Part shown: positions 1 to 12,560 of the stretch, piece by piece | Layout: each line of letters opens with the position of its first letter | How positions within the stretch are numbered: the first letter of the stretch is position 1 | Source: Octopus sinensis | Lineage: Eukaryota | Length of the DNA: 64,000 nt | Reading direction: 5' to 3' | Assembly (NCBI RefSeq): GCF_006345805.1 | Contig: NC_042998.1 | Location: 127,534,001 to 127,598,000, forward strand | Made by a program: the position numbers and the translations under genes | Notes under the pieces: generated by a model | The model's database searches: none | What the model was told of the DNA's origin: nothing | What the model saw: the letters and a program-made list of their open reading frames with translations, nothing else

Positions 1-199
1 ACTCTTCTCGGGTCCATTTGTTCCGCTTACATTTTTCTTTCTGTGGTGGTTGTGGTGGTGAACTTGGAGGGCTCGAGTTGGGGGATTTCCCGTTCAAGTG
101 ACCATCCATGTCCGTTTTCGGAGAAGCGTTTGTGCCAGTTGATGACTTTTCGGTCCCAGGCTGGCTCTTCCCTGGGGGACGCGCTTCCAGATTAACCAT
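1..199 (-). mobile_element. N-terminus of an R4/Dong-type non-LTR retrotransposon ORF, running off the left edge
   Basis: Minus-strand ATG at 199 opens MVNLEARPPGKSQPGTEKSSTGTNASPKTDMDGHLNGKSPNSSPPSSPPQPPQKEKCKRNKWTREE with no stop before the window edge (hence absent from the ORF track). The R-x-K-W-T-x-E-E motif resembles R4/Dong N-termini; family assignment is from memory. Confidence 0.55.
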
Positions 200-289
200 A
201 GGACAAGCGATTTGGTATACTGATTTAGTTTTCCTTTTAGTTTCCAAAAACATTTTGGTGCTACGATAATGTTATCATTTTTTAGCTTT

Positions 290-540
290 GGTTGGCTCGT
301 GGGGAGACGGCCATCATTGCTGTTACAATTATAATCGTACCATTATAGCAGCCGTAGTCGGCTTATTATTGTTATTATCATCACCATTATTATCACTATC
401 ATCATTATCACCACCATTACCATCATCATTATCATCATCACCATCACCATCACCACCATCATCATCAATGATATTGTTTTATGTGTAGTCACAGCAGTAT
501 CTTATTATTGTTATTTTTGTTTTTTTATCCTTATCACCAT
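290..540. repeat. Degenerate (CAT/CAC/TAT)n low-complexity tract
   Basis: Runs of catcat/caccac/tattat; explains the Ser/Pro/Leu-rich ORF 288..488. Confidence 0.9.
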
Positions 541-1256
541 CACAGTAGTGTCTGTCTGTCTCGATGGCTGGCTTGGTGGTTAGCTGGCTGACTGTCTTCA
601 ATGCCAGAGTTCTTGCCTGTCAAATAATACTTTCATATTTGGTTAACAATAGAGGTGAGGTTTGTGTTGGTTGAACTCTTTGAGTGTGTGTGTGTGTGTG
701 TGTAGATAGATAGATTATCAGCACTATTACTATTATTATTATCATCTCACCATCATCACCATCACCACCAGTGATATTTTTTTTCTTTTTTTTTTTTTTA
801 GGTGGGGTCAAAAAAAGTTCAGATGTTTACTACTATTAGCCTTAAGAAAAATTAAGGAAGGGCTGTTCTGTATTGTTTGTGAATAGAGAAGTTGTGTTCG
901 ACCAGAGAGAATCTTAGCATCATCATTTTTTTTTCCATGTGCGTTTGTGTTATTGCAATAAAAAGTGTTTGTATATTTCGTGCAAGGTAATATTGTGGAG
1001 GTTGAAGTTGACCCCTCTAGAGATGTTTGTATGTCCAGTTAGAAGAACAGGTGTGTTTTTGCAATAAAAAGTATATGTTTACATTTATATTTGAATATTC
1101 TGGGAGGAAGCAAAGAAAAGTCAGATTTTCATAGAAAGTTTTAGGGTTTTGCAAGTCCACAAAAAGAAAAGCGTGATGTTTTTAGAGAGAAGAAGAAAAA
1201 AAAAAGGGTGCTTACAGAGGCAGTTGTGGGTATTAAAGTTTTTAAAGCCGATCGGA

Positions 1257-1354
1257 TGTATGTTTGAAAGCTGCAGATATGTAAATTTGTAAATTTCTTC
1301 TTCTTATTATTATTTGTATGTTTGAAAGCTGCAGATATGTAAATTTGTAAATTT
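1257..1354 (+). repeat. Exact 40-bp direct duplication
   Basis: tgtatgtttgaaagctgcagatatgtaaatttgtaaattt at 1257-1296 and 1315-1354, separated by cttcttcttattattatt. Confidence 0.9.
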
Positions 1355-1410
1355 ATTATTATTATTATTATATTATTATTATTATTATTATATTATTATT
1401 ATTATTATTT

Positions 1411-3365
1411 TCAGTAGTCTTATATTTATCACTTCACTACCGATCGCAGCTATGTGTGCCTTGGGTATGTGCTGTGGTTTGTTGTGCTGCTCTTATTTTT
1501 ACTGTATTGAAGGTGTTTTAAGTAGAATATGCGTGATGCCTAGTAGTATGTTATATATACTTGTTAGTCCTAGTGTTTTTGTTATATAATTTTCCGAATA
1601 TTTTTTTAATCAAACCTAACGCGCCTACTATTATAGGAATTTTCTATTTTTAGACTCCACATTCGAGTTACCTCTATTTCCACCTCTTTGTATTTTGAAA
1701 GTTTCTTTTAGAGAAACGTTGTCATCTGTTGGTATTAATACATCGATTAGAAAGCACTTTTTCTTGATCTCTGACAACAATATCTGGCTTATTGGCCTTA
1801 ATTTCCCTAACTGTTTGTAATGGCATAGCCAATAATATGGCTACTTTCTCAGTTTCTGTGACCTTTACTGGCGTGTGCCTATTACATCTTTTTTCTGTTG
1901 TTATTCCCTGGTTTTGGCATAGCTTCCAGTGTATATAGGTCCCAACTCTGTCGTGCCTGTGAATATATTCCTTCTTAGATATTAATGGGCAACCAGAGAC
2001 GACGTGATTTATTGTTTCTTTCCATCTCCACATATTCCGCAATTACTTGTGTTTCTTTTCATTACATGTTTTTGGTAATTTCTGGTGGGAAGGCGTTGGT
2101 CTTTTGCTGCAATTAAAAATTCTTCAGTCTCTGCTTCTAGTCCTGAGCTTCTTAATCATTGTTGGGATTTTGCCTCGTCTATTTCTTGCCTGTCTAATTT
2201 GACCCAGTATTTGCCGTGAAGTGGCTTTTCTTGCCATTGTTTTATAATGATCCTTTGCTGTTCCAGTTTTAGTTTGGCTTTCAGTTGTTTTACAGCTTTT
2301 GTTGTTTCTTCTTTTTCTTCATAGTTGTTATTCTCAGCTTCCTTTGTATTAGTGTTCCTTGCTTCTGAAGTAGGCATTTTAGTAGTCCGTTGGTGCCTTT
2401 TTTGTAATAGTTTTCTAGCTGTTTAAGACATCTATCATACATTGTATATATAAACTGCCTGTCAGATATTGTCATATGCATCCTAAATCCTGTCATTAAG
2501 AGGTCTCTGATTGTTTTACCGTAACAGTTGTATCCACATCCAGTTCTGTTTAGCATGGCAGATAAAAGTGTCACTGCTAAGCAGAAAAAGAGTGGAGAGT
2601 GTATCTCCCTGGAATATTCTTCTTTTAATGGAGATGGCTTTGGTTTTCATGAGTCCCTCTTTTGTCTGGAGTTGTAGCACTGTCTGCCATTTATTCATGA
2701 ATTTTTAAAACATATTTTATGATTATTGGTGCTACCTTATTCACGGCTAGTATTTCTAAGATCCATGTGTAGGGAATACTATCAAAAACCTTTCGGTAAT
2801 CGATCCAGGGCATATTTAGACTCTTCGTCTTTCTGAGGTTGTCTTCAGTTATGGCTTTATTGATCAGTAGCTGATATTTACAATCGTATAAGCCTTTGCA
2901 GCATCCCTTCTGCTCTTCTGGAAACAGTTTGTTGTCTTCCAGATGCTTAATAATTCTCTGCGATATTATTGCAGGAAAGGCTTTGTAAATTGTAGGGAGA
3001 CAATTTATCGACCTGTAATTTTGTGGGTTTGCCGTTTCAGTGGATTTGGGAATTAGATAGTTTTGCCTTCCGTGAGCCATTGAGGCATTGTCCTGGCTCT
3101 GCTTTTATTTCATGAAATTTGTCAGCCAGCTCTTTATTTGTTCCTGTTAGGAATTTGTGACCGAGTGCCTTCCAGTTTCTTAGTTTTTGCAGTGCCTGGT
3201 TGATCTCTTCAGTTGTTATAGGCGTCCAGAGTTGTTCATGTGCTGTGTTCGTTGTTTTGATAGACCTTTTGGGGGCTGTCCGTTCGCCGACAATAAATAT
3301 CTCTTTCAAAAATTCTTCCATTTCGTCTGTTGTTGGTGTTGCATTAATTTCATTTTTTGCAAAGT
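1411..3365 (-). mobile_element. 5'-truncated R4/Dong-clade LINE (RT + CCHC knuckle + restriction-like endonuclease), frameshifted
   Basis: RT motifs NYRSINCLPTIYK, EQKGC, WIDYRKVFDSIPYTW (2691-3080) and IFQGDTLS (2516-2698); knuckle ETINHVVSGC..HD and RLE KPDIVV (1722-2042); C-terminus IPIIVGALG..LLGITHILLKTPSIQ* with stop at 1499-1501; short 3' UTR, then a (TAA)n tail at 1355-1410. Confidence 0.92.
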
Positions 3366-3391
3366 TCTTCTTCTTCTTCTTCTTCTTCTTC

Positions 3392-3422
<31 letters not shown>

Positions 3423-3441
3423 CATTATTATTATTATTATT
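3365..3441. repeat. Compound (CTT)n(ATT)n microsatellite
   Basis: Directly visible at the 5' junction of the LINE. Confidence 0.95.
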
Positions 3442-3739
3442 GAGTGAGAGAGCAGTTCATGCCATCAAAGTGACACTGGGGTAAAATATACGAAGCCCAA
3501 TATACCCATCATGACTACCCGTCTGATAAGGGTACACCAGGCACATGCATCACAACCATATGTGCGCGACATGGTGATCTCATATCAAGATAAACAGCAC
3601 ATGACCTTGCAGGTGGGGCCCAGTTAGAAATTTCTTCAGGTTGAGTAGCCCATCCCGCTCAAAAGGTCCCTGAATAAGGGTTGTTTAAGGATGTTGAAAG
3701 AACCACCCATGTTTCCAGAGGTGAACTATTCAAACCCCA
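3442..3739 (-). mobile_element. Non-coding interspersed repeat embedded in (TAA)n (probable non-autonomous retroelement)
   Basis: GC-richer 300-bp block starting gagtgagagagcag, flanked on both sides by (TTA)n; its first 13 nt match 12/13 the start of the block at 7237. Strand is inferred. Confidence 0.55.
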
Positions 3740-3775
3740 TTATTATTATTATTATTATCCTTATTATTATTATTA

Positions 3776-3808
<33 letters not shown>

Positions 3809-3812
3809 CATA

Positions 3813-3848
<36 letters not shown>

Positions 3849-3886
3849 GTCGTTGTTGTTGTTGTCGTTGTTGTTGTTGGTGTTGC

Positions 3887-3920
<34 letters not shown>
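3739..3920. repeat. (ATT)n-(GTT)n microsatellite
   Basis: Directly visible; source of the poly-I/V and poly-N ORFs. Confidence 0.95.
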
Positions 3921-4659
3921 ATGCATGTGTTGATTGACAAACCCTATTACAAATAATTAGATTCTGAGTCTTAACCAATTCTGCTGATTCGGAGTGATTT
4001 TGTGGAAAATAAGTAAGAGAGAAGACTCGATAGTTTAACTGTTAGATTGTTTGATGTCAGTTATATGATGGCTAGATGATAACATACGTACGTCATATTT
4101 AATATTTTTATTAGAATTTTTACTTGCATTGTAAAAGAGTCTATTTGGAAAACATGTAAAAAATTTCTTACCGCGATACACTTATGTCCTTTCATTTTTG
4201 AGATTAAATCTCGTTTGAATCACACGATATATTTCATCGTTGTGATTAAATTATAACTTAAACACTGATGTTAATTGTAAATCTCTTCAAACATTAGTAG
4301 AGTTTCGTTATTTAAATAATATTTTACTCCATTTTGTTAATAAATGCTATAAGTAACTTTATTTTCGAATTATTTCGATCTTGTCGCTAAAGAAATAAAT
4401 ATGTCCTGGGTTTATATATTTTTGTTTACTAACACGAACGATGGATGACCATTTTGTAAACTGTAAATTGAAGCATCATTCCAGCTATCCATTTATCCGC
4501 CTCTATCGGGCCCTCTACCTCACTCTCTCTCTCTCTCTCTCTCTCTTCACACACATACATACAATAGGCATGTATGTGTATACATATATATTATAGACTC
4601 ATATGTATGTATACTTATATACATCCCTACACAAAAATTTATGTACACTCTTATATCTA

Positions 4660-4673
4660 TATATGCATATACA

Positions 4674-4750
<77 letters not shown>
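4660..4750. repeat. (TA)n microsatellite
   Basis: Directly visible. Confidence 0.95.
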
Positions 4751-4753
<3 letters not shown>

Positions 4754-5089
4754 CGGTGTGAATGGTTTTGTTATACAGTGCCGTGTTTTAGAATCCTTTA
4801 AATAATAATAATGGTGTTTAAAGTTTAAAGCTAATGGTGATCACCGTGAAATGACTAAGGAAAATAGTCTAATAAAGGGGTATATAAACCCTCGACAAAT
4901 AAAGCTAGCTTTTCTATCCGCGTAAAGCCTTCCTTTTTCTGTCGAGGGCTTATATGCTCCTTTAGTATACTATTTCCCTTAGTCATTGCACGGTGATCGC
5001 CATAAGCTTTAAGCTTATATAAACACCATTATTATTTTTTACAGGATTGTAAAACACAGCACCGTATAACAAAACCATTCGCACCGAAA
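4751..5089. mobile_element. Fold-back MITE with about 155-bp inverted arms
   Basis: 4751-4904 (tttcggtgtgaatggttttgttatacagtg...ccctcgacaaataaag) is the reverse complement of 4933-5089 (...gtataacaaaaccattcgcaccgaaa) at roughly 85% identity, with a spacer of about 28 nt. Confidence 0.85.
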
Positions 5090-5230
5090 GACCATAGATA
5101 CATATATTCATAGATACATACATGCATACATGCGTGTATACATACATACATACACATACATACATGCATACATACATACATGCATACATACATACATACA
5201 TACATACATACATACATACATACATACATA

Positions 5231-5482
5231 ACCATGGGTTTGCTCATAGAAATTTACCCTCTGAGGCACAAGTCCGGGTAGGTAGTACATGGAAGGCCAA
5301 CAGACTACCATCTCCATGCCACCGATTTTATCCAAGGGAAAAGCAAAGGCTGGTACAGCTTGACACCAGTCTCGTCGCAACTCATTTCTAGAGCTGAGTG
5401 AACTGGAGCAACGTGAAATAAAGTGCATTGCTCAAGAACACACACACAGCCCAGTCCGACGTTCTAACCAGTGAGCCATTTA
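5231..5482 (-). mobile_element. tRNA-derived SINE with (TATG)n tail
   Basis: Minus-strand head atggctcactggttagaacgtcgg (A-box-like); body motif tttatttcacgttgctccagttcactcagc recurs near 62520; followed on the minus strand by (TATG)n at 5110-5230. Confidence 0.65.
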
Positions 5483-5949
5483 CCTTCATACATACACATG
5501 TATGCATATTTACACACCTAGGTTAACGAACATACTTGTAGAGAATAAAACTATAGCACATTAAGAAAACCTTAATTATATTAGCCTTTACATTTTTAGT
5601 GTCAGAAGTGTTATACTAAATTTCTCTAAATTAGCTGAACAAGCTATATGTTGTTGAGAATGCTTCATATTGTTATCAACTATGGGTTTATGTACAACTC
5701 CGTTCTTGATATTGTTACTGGAGGTTTTGAATAGAAGAATGATAGAATATCGTACTATTATTCCTTAGATTTTGAGGAATACCGACCTTTCCAGAATGGT
5801 CTCCTTATCCTTCGAGACAATGTACTTAATCATTGAGTCCATTTCCTTGCATTGTCTCATTGTAATAATATTCAGCGATACTATTAAATACTTGCTCATT
5901 AACCGAAAATTTAGATATTCTGAATGAAATATTCTTAGCTAGATTATCA

Positions 5950-6028
5950 TACATACGCTCACACACATTCACACACACGCGCACATACTCACACACACAT
6001 ATTTATATATACATATATATATACATAC

Positions 6029-6113
<85 letters not shown>

Positions 6114-6125
6114 AGAGAGAGAGGT
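5950..6125. repeat. (CA)n/(TA)n/(GA)n compound microsatellite
   Basis: Directly visible. Confidence 0.95.
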
Positions 6126-7187
6126 AGGAATATAATACGATTATTTCCTTCTTTGCAAGGTAATTATAATCAATAGTTGATTGACCCGACCATAGTGTAA
6201 GGATTGCGTTTATCCTATCATTGATATTCAAAGGAGTTGATTTCAGAAATAGACACTGTGAAGGGGTTGTATGTAATATCTATTATCCCTCTCTTCTTTC
6301 CGTAAGAGTTGGGAAAGTAAAAGAAAGAAATGCAGAATTTCCTTTGAATGGTCACTTCCTGAAATTTTATTTCATGTTTATTTTATCTAATCTTTCATTT
6401 AGGTGTATAATAAACCATCATTAAATATTTCTGCATTTAGTTATGATTTTCGACCCTCCACTTCTTTCGAATTGCTTCCCAATTCAAAAGGAAAACTCAC
6501 AAAAAAAAAATATATACATCTTAACTTGCCTACTTGCTACCCACTATTGCCAATTCTTCAGTTTGTTGCACATTCTTTTTGACAGCAGAAGAATAATACT
6601 TGTTCGTGTCGTCGCATAAGTACATATGCAATTCTAACGTACTTTGATTAGTGATCTTACATGAAAGGAATAAAACATTTTCCGTTTTGGTTTTTTCTTT
6701 CAAAGCCAGCATATATCTTATTTCAGCCTGTATACTTCAACGAACAACTAATCTGTTGAGATTGAAGTGGAAATGAATGTACAGCAATGTACTTTCCTTA
6801 TGTTCCATATGCTGATATATATTAAAGATAGCAGTTACAGAAAAGCCTTGTTAATGGTTCGATAGTCACATACTAATATTTTTGAAAGTGTGCGTACTTC
6901 CGTGTAACCACTGGTGTATTGCTTCATGGAAATGGGGCCACAACTTTAAAAGAAATCTTTTATGAAAGGCGATAATATAAAACAAAGGGCAGGAGAAAAA
7001 TCTCATGAAGCAAATCTATTTTCTTTTCACTATACAGCACTTTATTTACAACATCTTCAAATAGCATCGGCAATAATATTAATAACAACTATGTGAATAG
7101 CGTAAACAAGATCACGGCTGCTAACATAATTGTTTTCACCATTTGAAGCTACATCACCAACCTAAATATTCTTACCTTCCTCTGAAA

Positions 7188-7235
<48 letters not shown>

Positions 7236-7236
7236 T

Positions 7237-7385
7237 GAGTGAAAGAGCAAGTCGGTGGTATTGAGCAGAATGTTTACTGTCGCACATCTTTTATACAAGG
7301 ACAAAATAATGTACATGATAATACTTCCAATGAGTTAAGATCAGAAGCCATGACAGCCACTGCTTGGTGCTGCATCAGGATATTT
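7237..7385 (-). mobile_element. Short interspersed repeat inside a (TAA)n tract, probably a deletion derivative of the 3442 family
   Basis: Starts gagtgaaagagca (compare gagtgagagagca at 3442); flanked by (TTA)n at 7190-7234 and 7385-7455. Confidence 0.5.
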
Positions 7386-7401
7386 ATTATTATTATTATT
7401 A

Positions 7402-7432
<31 letters not shown>

Positions 7433-7507
7433 CATTAATATTATTATTATTATTAAAATATCAACCATATATAGGCCTATGTATTGTACATAAGTATAAA
7501 GTCTTTC

Positions 7508-7900
7508 AGGATGGAGATTGGCAGAATCGGTAAAGTGTCGGGCAATATGCTTTACAGTACGTAGTTACGGTTCTGTTCGTTACAAGATCAAATCTCGATG
7601 AGGTCACTGTAAACTTTTAAAACTCTGGGATCAGTAAAAGCAAGAGCTAGTGCTCATTTAATTGATTGACCTCTCCCATGAATTTCTGGCGTTGAGATAA
7701 TGTCAGAAAGAAATATTATGTTCGGTGGATTAGCTGATTAGTTAAAGCTGACGGAGAAAATGCTTTGCGACAGTTTTTGTAGCTCTTGATGTTTAGTGTT
7801 CAAAGTCAGCTTTCATTTTATCCCACCTGGCTTAGTGAAATACAGTATTAGTTAAGCATTGTGTGCCATCTAATTGGCTAAATCACCCCACAAATTCATG
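7508..7900 (+). mobile_element. Two tandem, highly decayed tRNA-derived SINEs
   Basis: Heads gagattggcagaatcggtaaag and ggattagctgattagttaaag; second has a B-box-like gtgttcaaag; tails aatttctggcgttg and aaattcatggtgttgtg resemble other copies in the window. Confidence 0.45.
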
Positions 7901-8199
7901 GTGTTGTGTTTATCTAAGATACAATCTATATTATTGTTTCTTTCTTCTACCTGAATTCTTTAGTTTCCTACTAATTTTCATTATTCTATTTTGTCCATAT
8001 TTTGAGACTTGATTTTCTATTAATATATATAATTTCTTAGATTTTACGGGCAATATTTTTATCGTTATACATTCAACAAATATCAATTAAATATATTTCA
8101 AATACCAAAAGATGCTTTGTTGTGTTTAGGTTACTAAAAGATCCTGTCATCCAACAGGTTTTGCTGATATAAATATGCTAGTAGTTGTCCGCCTATTCA

Positions 8200-8395
8200 A
8201 TATTGACTTTAAACTTTGACACTAGGCTAGTAATTTCGGTGAGTGGATGACTCGATTACATCGATCATAATGCTCAACTGGTACTTATATTATTGACTAC
8301 AAAAGAATTAAAGGCGGAATTTGAACTCAAAATGTGTAGACGGACGAAATGGCGCTATATATTTTTCCCAGCGTGCTAACGATTCTGCCAGTTAA
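8200..8395 (-). mobile_element. tRNA-derived SINE
   Basis: Minus strand: tggcagaatcgttagcacgctggg (A-box) and gagttcaaattccgcc (B-box); same family as 26755-26920. Confidence 0.65.
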
Positions 8396-11300
8396 TATTG
8401 GCATCGTAGAAGTTGTAGTATTCAGTCGAACACCAAACTGGTTCTCGTGTAGCTTTCGTCTTATATAACGTCATAATATCTTACAAGTATATATTCTGAA
8501 AATATAAGCAGAGATACGAAAATTCATCGCTTTCTCAAAATATTCTATGATGATTTTCTGATATAAAATTAAACGGTTCTTTTCAAAGAACGTCCGAATT
8601 ATTATAGTTTGCATGTTGATAGAACACAACGTCATACAGCTATAACTATAACGTGTTCATAATTCCAGTTAACATTAGGAAAGTAGCTACACTTGAATGT
8701 TTAAACTCTGTTGTTATAACCAAGCGTTCCCCAACAATGAGCATTATGTTACATTAGATATGCATATTTCCTTAAAATTTATCCGATAACATTTATCTGT
8801 ATACGTGGTGCAGAAAATATTTACTTTGGAACCTCATTTAAAAATCTGATTTGATACATTACACCATTTAATGTCAGTCTCTGCAGTTGTTGACTTCAGA
8901 TTCCGCCATATACCTATCGCCTGTGAAAACTGATTTTGTAAATTGTTAATATAAATCGATATTACTTTAAAATTCATTCGAATAACATATCATAGCATGA
9001 AAAGCAGAATTGATTATCTTTATGAAAAATCTTAATGTTTTTATTTTTTTATTTTCGACTATTATTATTATTATCATTATCATCATTATTATTATTATAT
9101 TATTATTATTATTATTATTATTATTTCACAATATTACGAGTGTGAAGCAAATATTCAATGTCAATTATTGTCATTTAAGACTTGCGCTAATAGAGTGCTA
9201 GCATCGCCCTCTTGTCTATAAATAGCTTAAATAGCTACTCCTACAATTAAGATAATTAACAATATATTCAATATTATAGAAGTTTCAGAAATCAAGCATA
9301 ATGGAATTTATTTTCTTGCGCATTTAGTTGTATCATAAATGTCACGGCATCCCATATGCCACTACTAAATGTCTCTGATGTCATGCTTATTTAAAAATTT
9401 ATTTATCACTTTCTCTTGGTTACTATTCAACTTTAAATCAACATTAACACCGATATTAAACGCAGATCTGTCTCTTTCACTCCAAACTGCTGCCACTGGA
9501 AAAATAATTATCTCAACGAAATTTGTTTTATGGCTTGAATGTATAATTATTTCAAAAGTTGAAAACAAACGCCAATTAATTATTCTAACAACTATACAGG
9601 TACCGAACCGAAATGTTTTCTGCTGGATATTAAGCAAATTACGAGTTAAAGAAATCATTTCTCAACGACTGGCGCATTGTTGTCGACTAACTATTATGCA
9701 GACACTTTTATGCCTGTCATTTTCTTTTTATAAGCAGCGCAAAATTACTTAAATTCTTGAACGCTTTTCAAAAAAAAAAACATTTAAAAGTTTAGTTTGT
9801 TTGTTAGGTAATTCTATATATAAATTTGAATTATTTCAAACCACAATATTATTTCAAATTACAATAATAAATTTGTAATGCGTTTTGGAAGAATAAATAC
9901 CATTTCAAAATAAAACACCGATTTTCCTATTTTTCTAAGGAAATTAAATTTGAAATTAATTTCTTTAAATTCAAATATGAAACAGTTTTTAGGTAATTTA
10001 ATAAGTCTACATTATTTTATGAAATACTTAAAACTATTTGATGCCATCTCATTAAAAACATCGATTATGTTTTCTCAGCAGGCTAAACGTTATTGCTTTT
10101 TTGTTTTTGTTTTTGCTTGCTGAGTAGCGCAATAGATTAAAATTATGCAATTTGTTACTACTCAGTATCTACCACAATGGTTATATGAATTGAAGACTAA
10201 CTTAACGTCACCAGAAATTCATGATAGAACTTTGAGGGATCATACTAAAGACTACATATGTAGGCGATGAATTGGTAGAGTCAATAGTGTATCATATTCA
10301 ATGCCTTAGGGTATTCTTTTGTATATCCTGCACTTTAATTTTACATCCCTAATTTCTTCTTTTTGGGGCAGAAACTGAAGTACCACTATGGGCAGTGAAT
10401 TGGGGAAAACAGTAAGAATGTTGAACTAAAACATTTCCGTTATCACTTCAATGACCCAACCTCATTGCTTACTTGGACGGTAGGCTTAAACGTGTGGAGC
10501 TTTGGATACATTTACATCTTTTAACATCTACTCTTTGGCGAGTATCGGAAGGATTTTACCTTCCACCCGATCAGTTTCGAAGACCCTATAAAGGGTCATG
10601 AGAATTGCTTTTCTGATTGAAAAGATTCTTTTGTAAAAGTTGGTGTTCTATGTTTCGACGTCTTGCTGTCTCCATCAAATGGCTGAGAACCTTTTAGTTA
10701 ATTTTTTGACAAACAATATCAAGAATTTCTACGTAATCAACGTAATCAAAATTAAATAACTATATTTTTAAAGTGATGTACAGAATAGAGATTAAGATGG
10801 ATTACAAAGCTTAATAATTTATGAGCAGAAACTTTTCCCACATAGGCAAAATAACCTAAATTGTCACTTCAAACCTCTACTCTTTTATTACGGTGTATAT
10901 TCCAGAATTCCACAAAACATATTTTTGTTTCGGATATTCATTACTTCATACATAAGTGGCAGTAATCATTGCCTTTTGAGTAACAGAATAGCATAAATGA
11001 CTAATGTAAGTATAAATATAATTACAAAAAGCTGTAATAATGAGGTTGAAAAAAATGTGTTGCAATACATGAGTATGATCGTTCGAATTTTAATTACAAG
11101 ACGTCGAATGATAGCTGATACACATATATAAAGGTAATGGACCAATCCATCAGCGAGTTGAGAAAAGTAGATATGTTTGTAGTATCAACGGGGGAGAGAG
11201 AAGAGTGGTTAATGTATTTGTGTCACTGATAGAAGTCATTTAGCTAAATGTATGTTTAATGGTTGTCAAAGAGTGTGTAATCGGTTAACTTCCAAGTGCT

Positions 11301-12560
11301 CTAGAATATTGAATATTTGTATTTTTATAAGCTGTTAGAAATTTAAATAATTTAGACTCTGAAAAAGTGATCCGCCCCTTAAATGATAATACATATAGTT
11401 ACCATTTAAGGTTGTTTTTTTACATATTTTAGCATCTAAAGCATATTGACTTGAAATATTTTAACATCTAAAGCATATTGCCTAGAAATATTAATTTATC
11501 CTGATGTATTCCTATAAGCAAATTTTTCTTCCATGTTTTCTACATTATTTTGAGGTTCTGTAAGCACATAAACGAACTAGATAGTGAAATGTTCACAGCC
11601 CAATTCCATTAATCCATACTCAAAACTGATTAAGTTGCAGTATATCTGGAGAATACAATTATACAATGTATTCTAAAAATAATATGGCTGTCTCAGATGC
11701 AAATTGTATCCATGTGTCGATCTACTCAGAGCATCTGATTTATAAATATTTCAACAAATGATATAATTATAAAGGACAGATTATATTTATGTATTCATTG
11801 CTAAGCTGCTCTCTTTTTCTCTACAGTCAGATAAAATAGAATTCTCACCACTCTTGAGACTTTTATCTATTCACTCACTTCAGCTCTTCATTTACACTTC
11901 CAATATCAACCTTGATCAATATAAAACAATCCACGGGAGCATTTTAAGATTTTGTCCTGTCACACAATAGATTGGTGCTCTCAGGTGAAAGCAAAATTAT
12001 ATCATTTTATAACGTAATTTATTACTTTGCATGTCTCAATCTGAAAATAAACACTCAAATTAGCTATTAGACACACTGAAGTCAATAGAGTATGCGCATT
12101 AATCTCACCTGCTCTCTTCTTACTTTACTTATTGGTGCGTTTATTATATTCTTAACTCCAGTAGCGTTGTTATTTCAAACATCTTTGCTGGATGGATGTT
12201 GGTTTTTGTTATTATTATTACGTCCAGACCGACTTTGCCTTTCATTCTTTCCTGGTACCAATAAAAGCACCAGTAAAACGCCTGGGCCAATGTAATCGAT
12301 ATAAATGTCCCCAGGTGGGACAGGGATGTTCTTCAGAGAGATGCAAAATATTGCTTCTTCCTGACGAACAATGTCTTGCAGAACCATACTTATTTCCATG
12401 TTTGGACACTTACACTAAATCAGGTCACTAGAATGTGGCATTGATGTCTTTACTCTGCATAGGGCTTTCCATTTGCCAATCATTCGTTCTTTTCTTTAAT
12501 GTCTTCTAATTTCCCCTCTTAACTCCACATTTCACAAAACTAGAGTTACAGCTATTTACC

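Noticed and set aside
7172-7190. 6-nt microexon (tttcAG-AGGAAG-GTAAGA) on the minus strand
   Set aside because: Upstream sequence is (TAA)n with no polypyrimidine tract; could be chance.
10560-10690. Two hammerhead-like motifs on the minus strand (CTCATGA-CCCT/AGGG-TCTTC-GAAAC and TTGATGGA-GAC/GTC-GAAAC)
   Set aside because: Both have altered cores and no convincing stems I or III; possibly old relics but not supportable.
11424-11487. Two tandem 32-bp units (atatttta.catctaaagcatattg.ct.gaa)
   Set aside because: Simple local duplication; only two units and no spacer.
12310-12490. Minus frame ERMIGKWKALCR resembling a Harbinger DDE motif
   Set aside because: A single short motif with no other transposase features.
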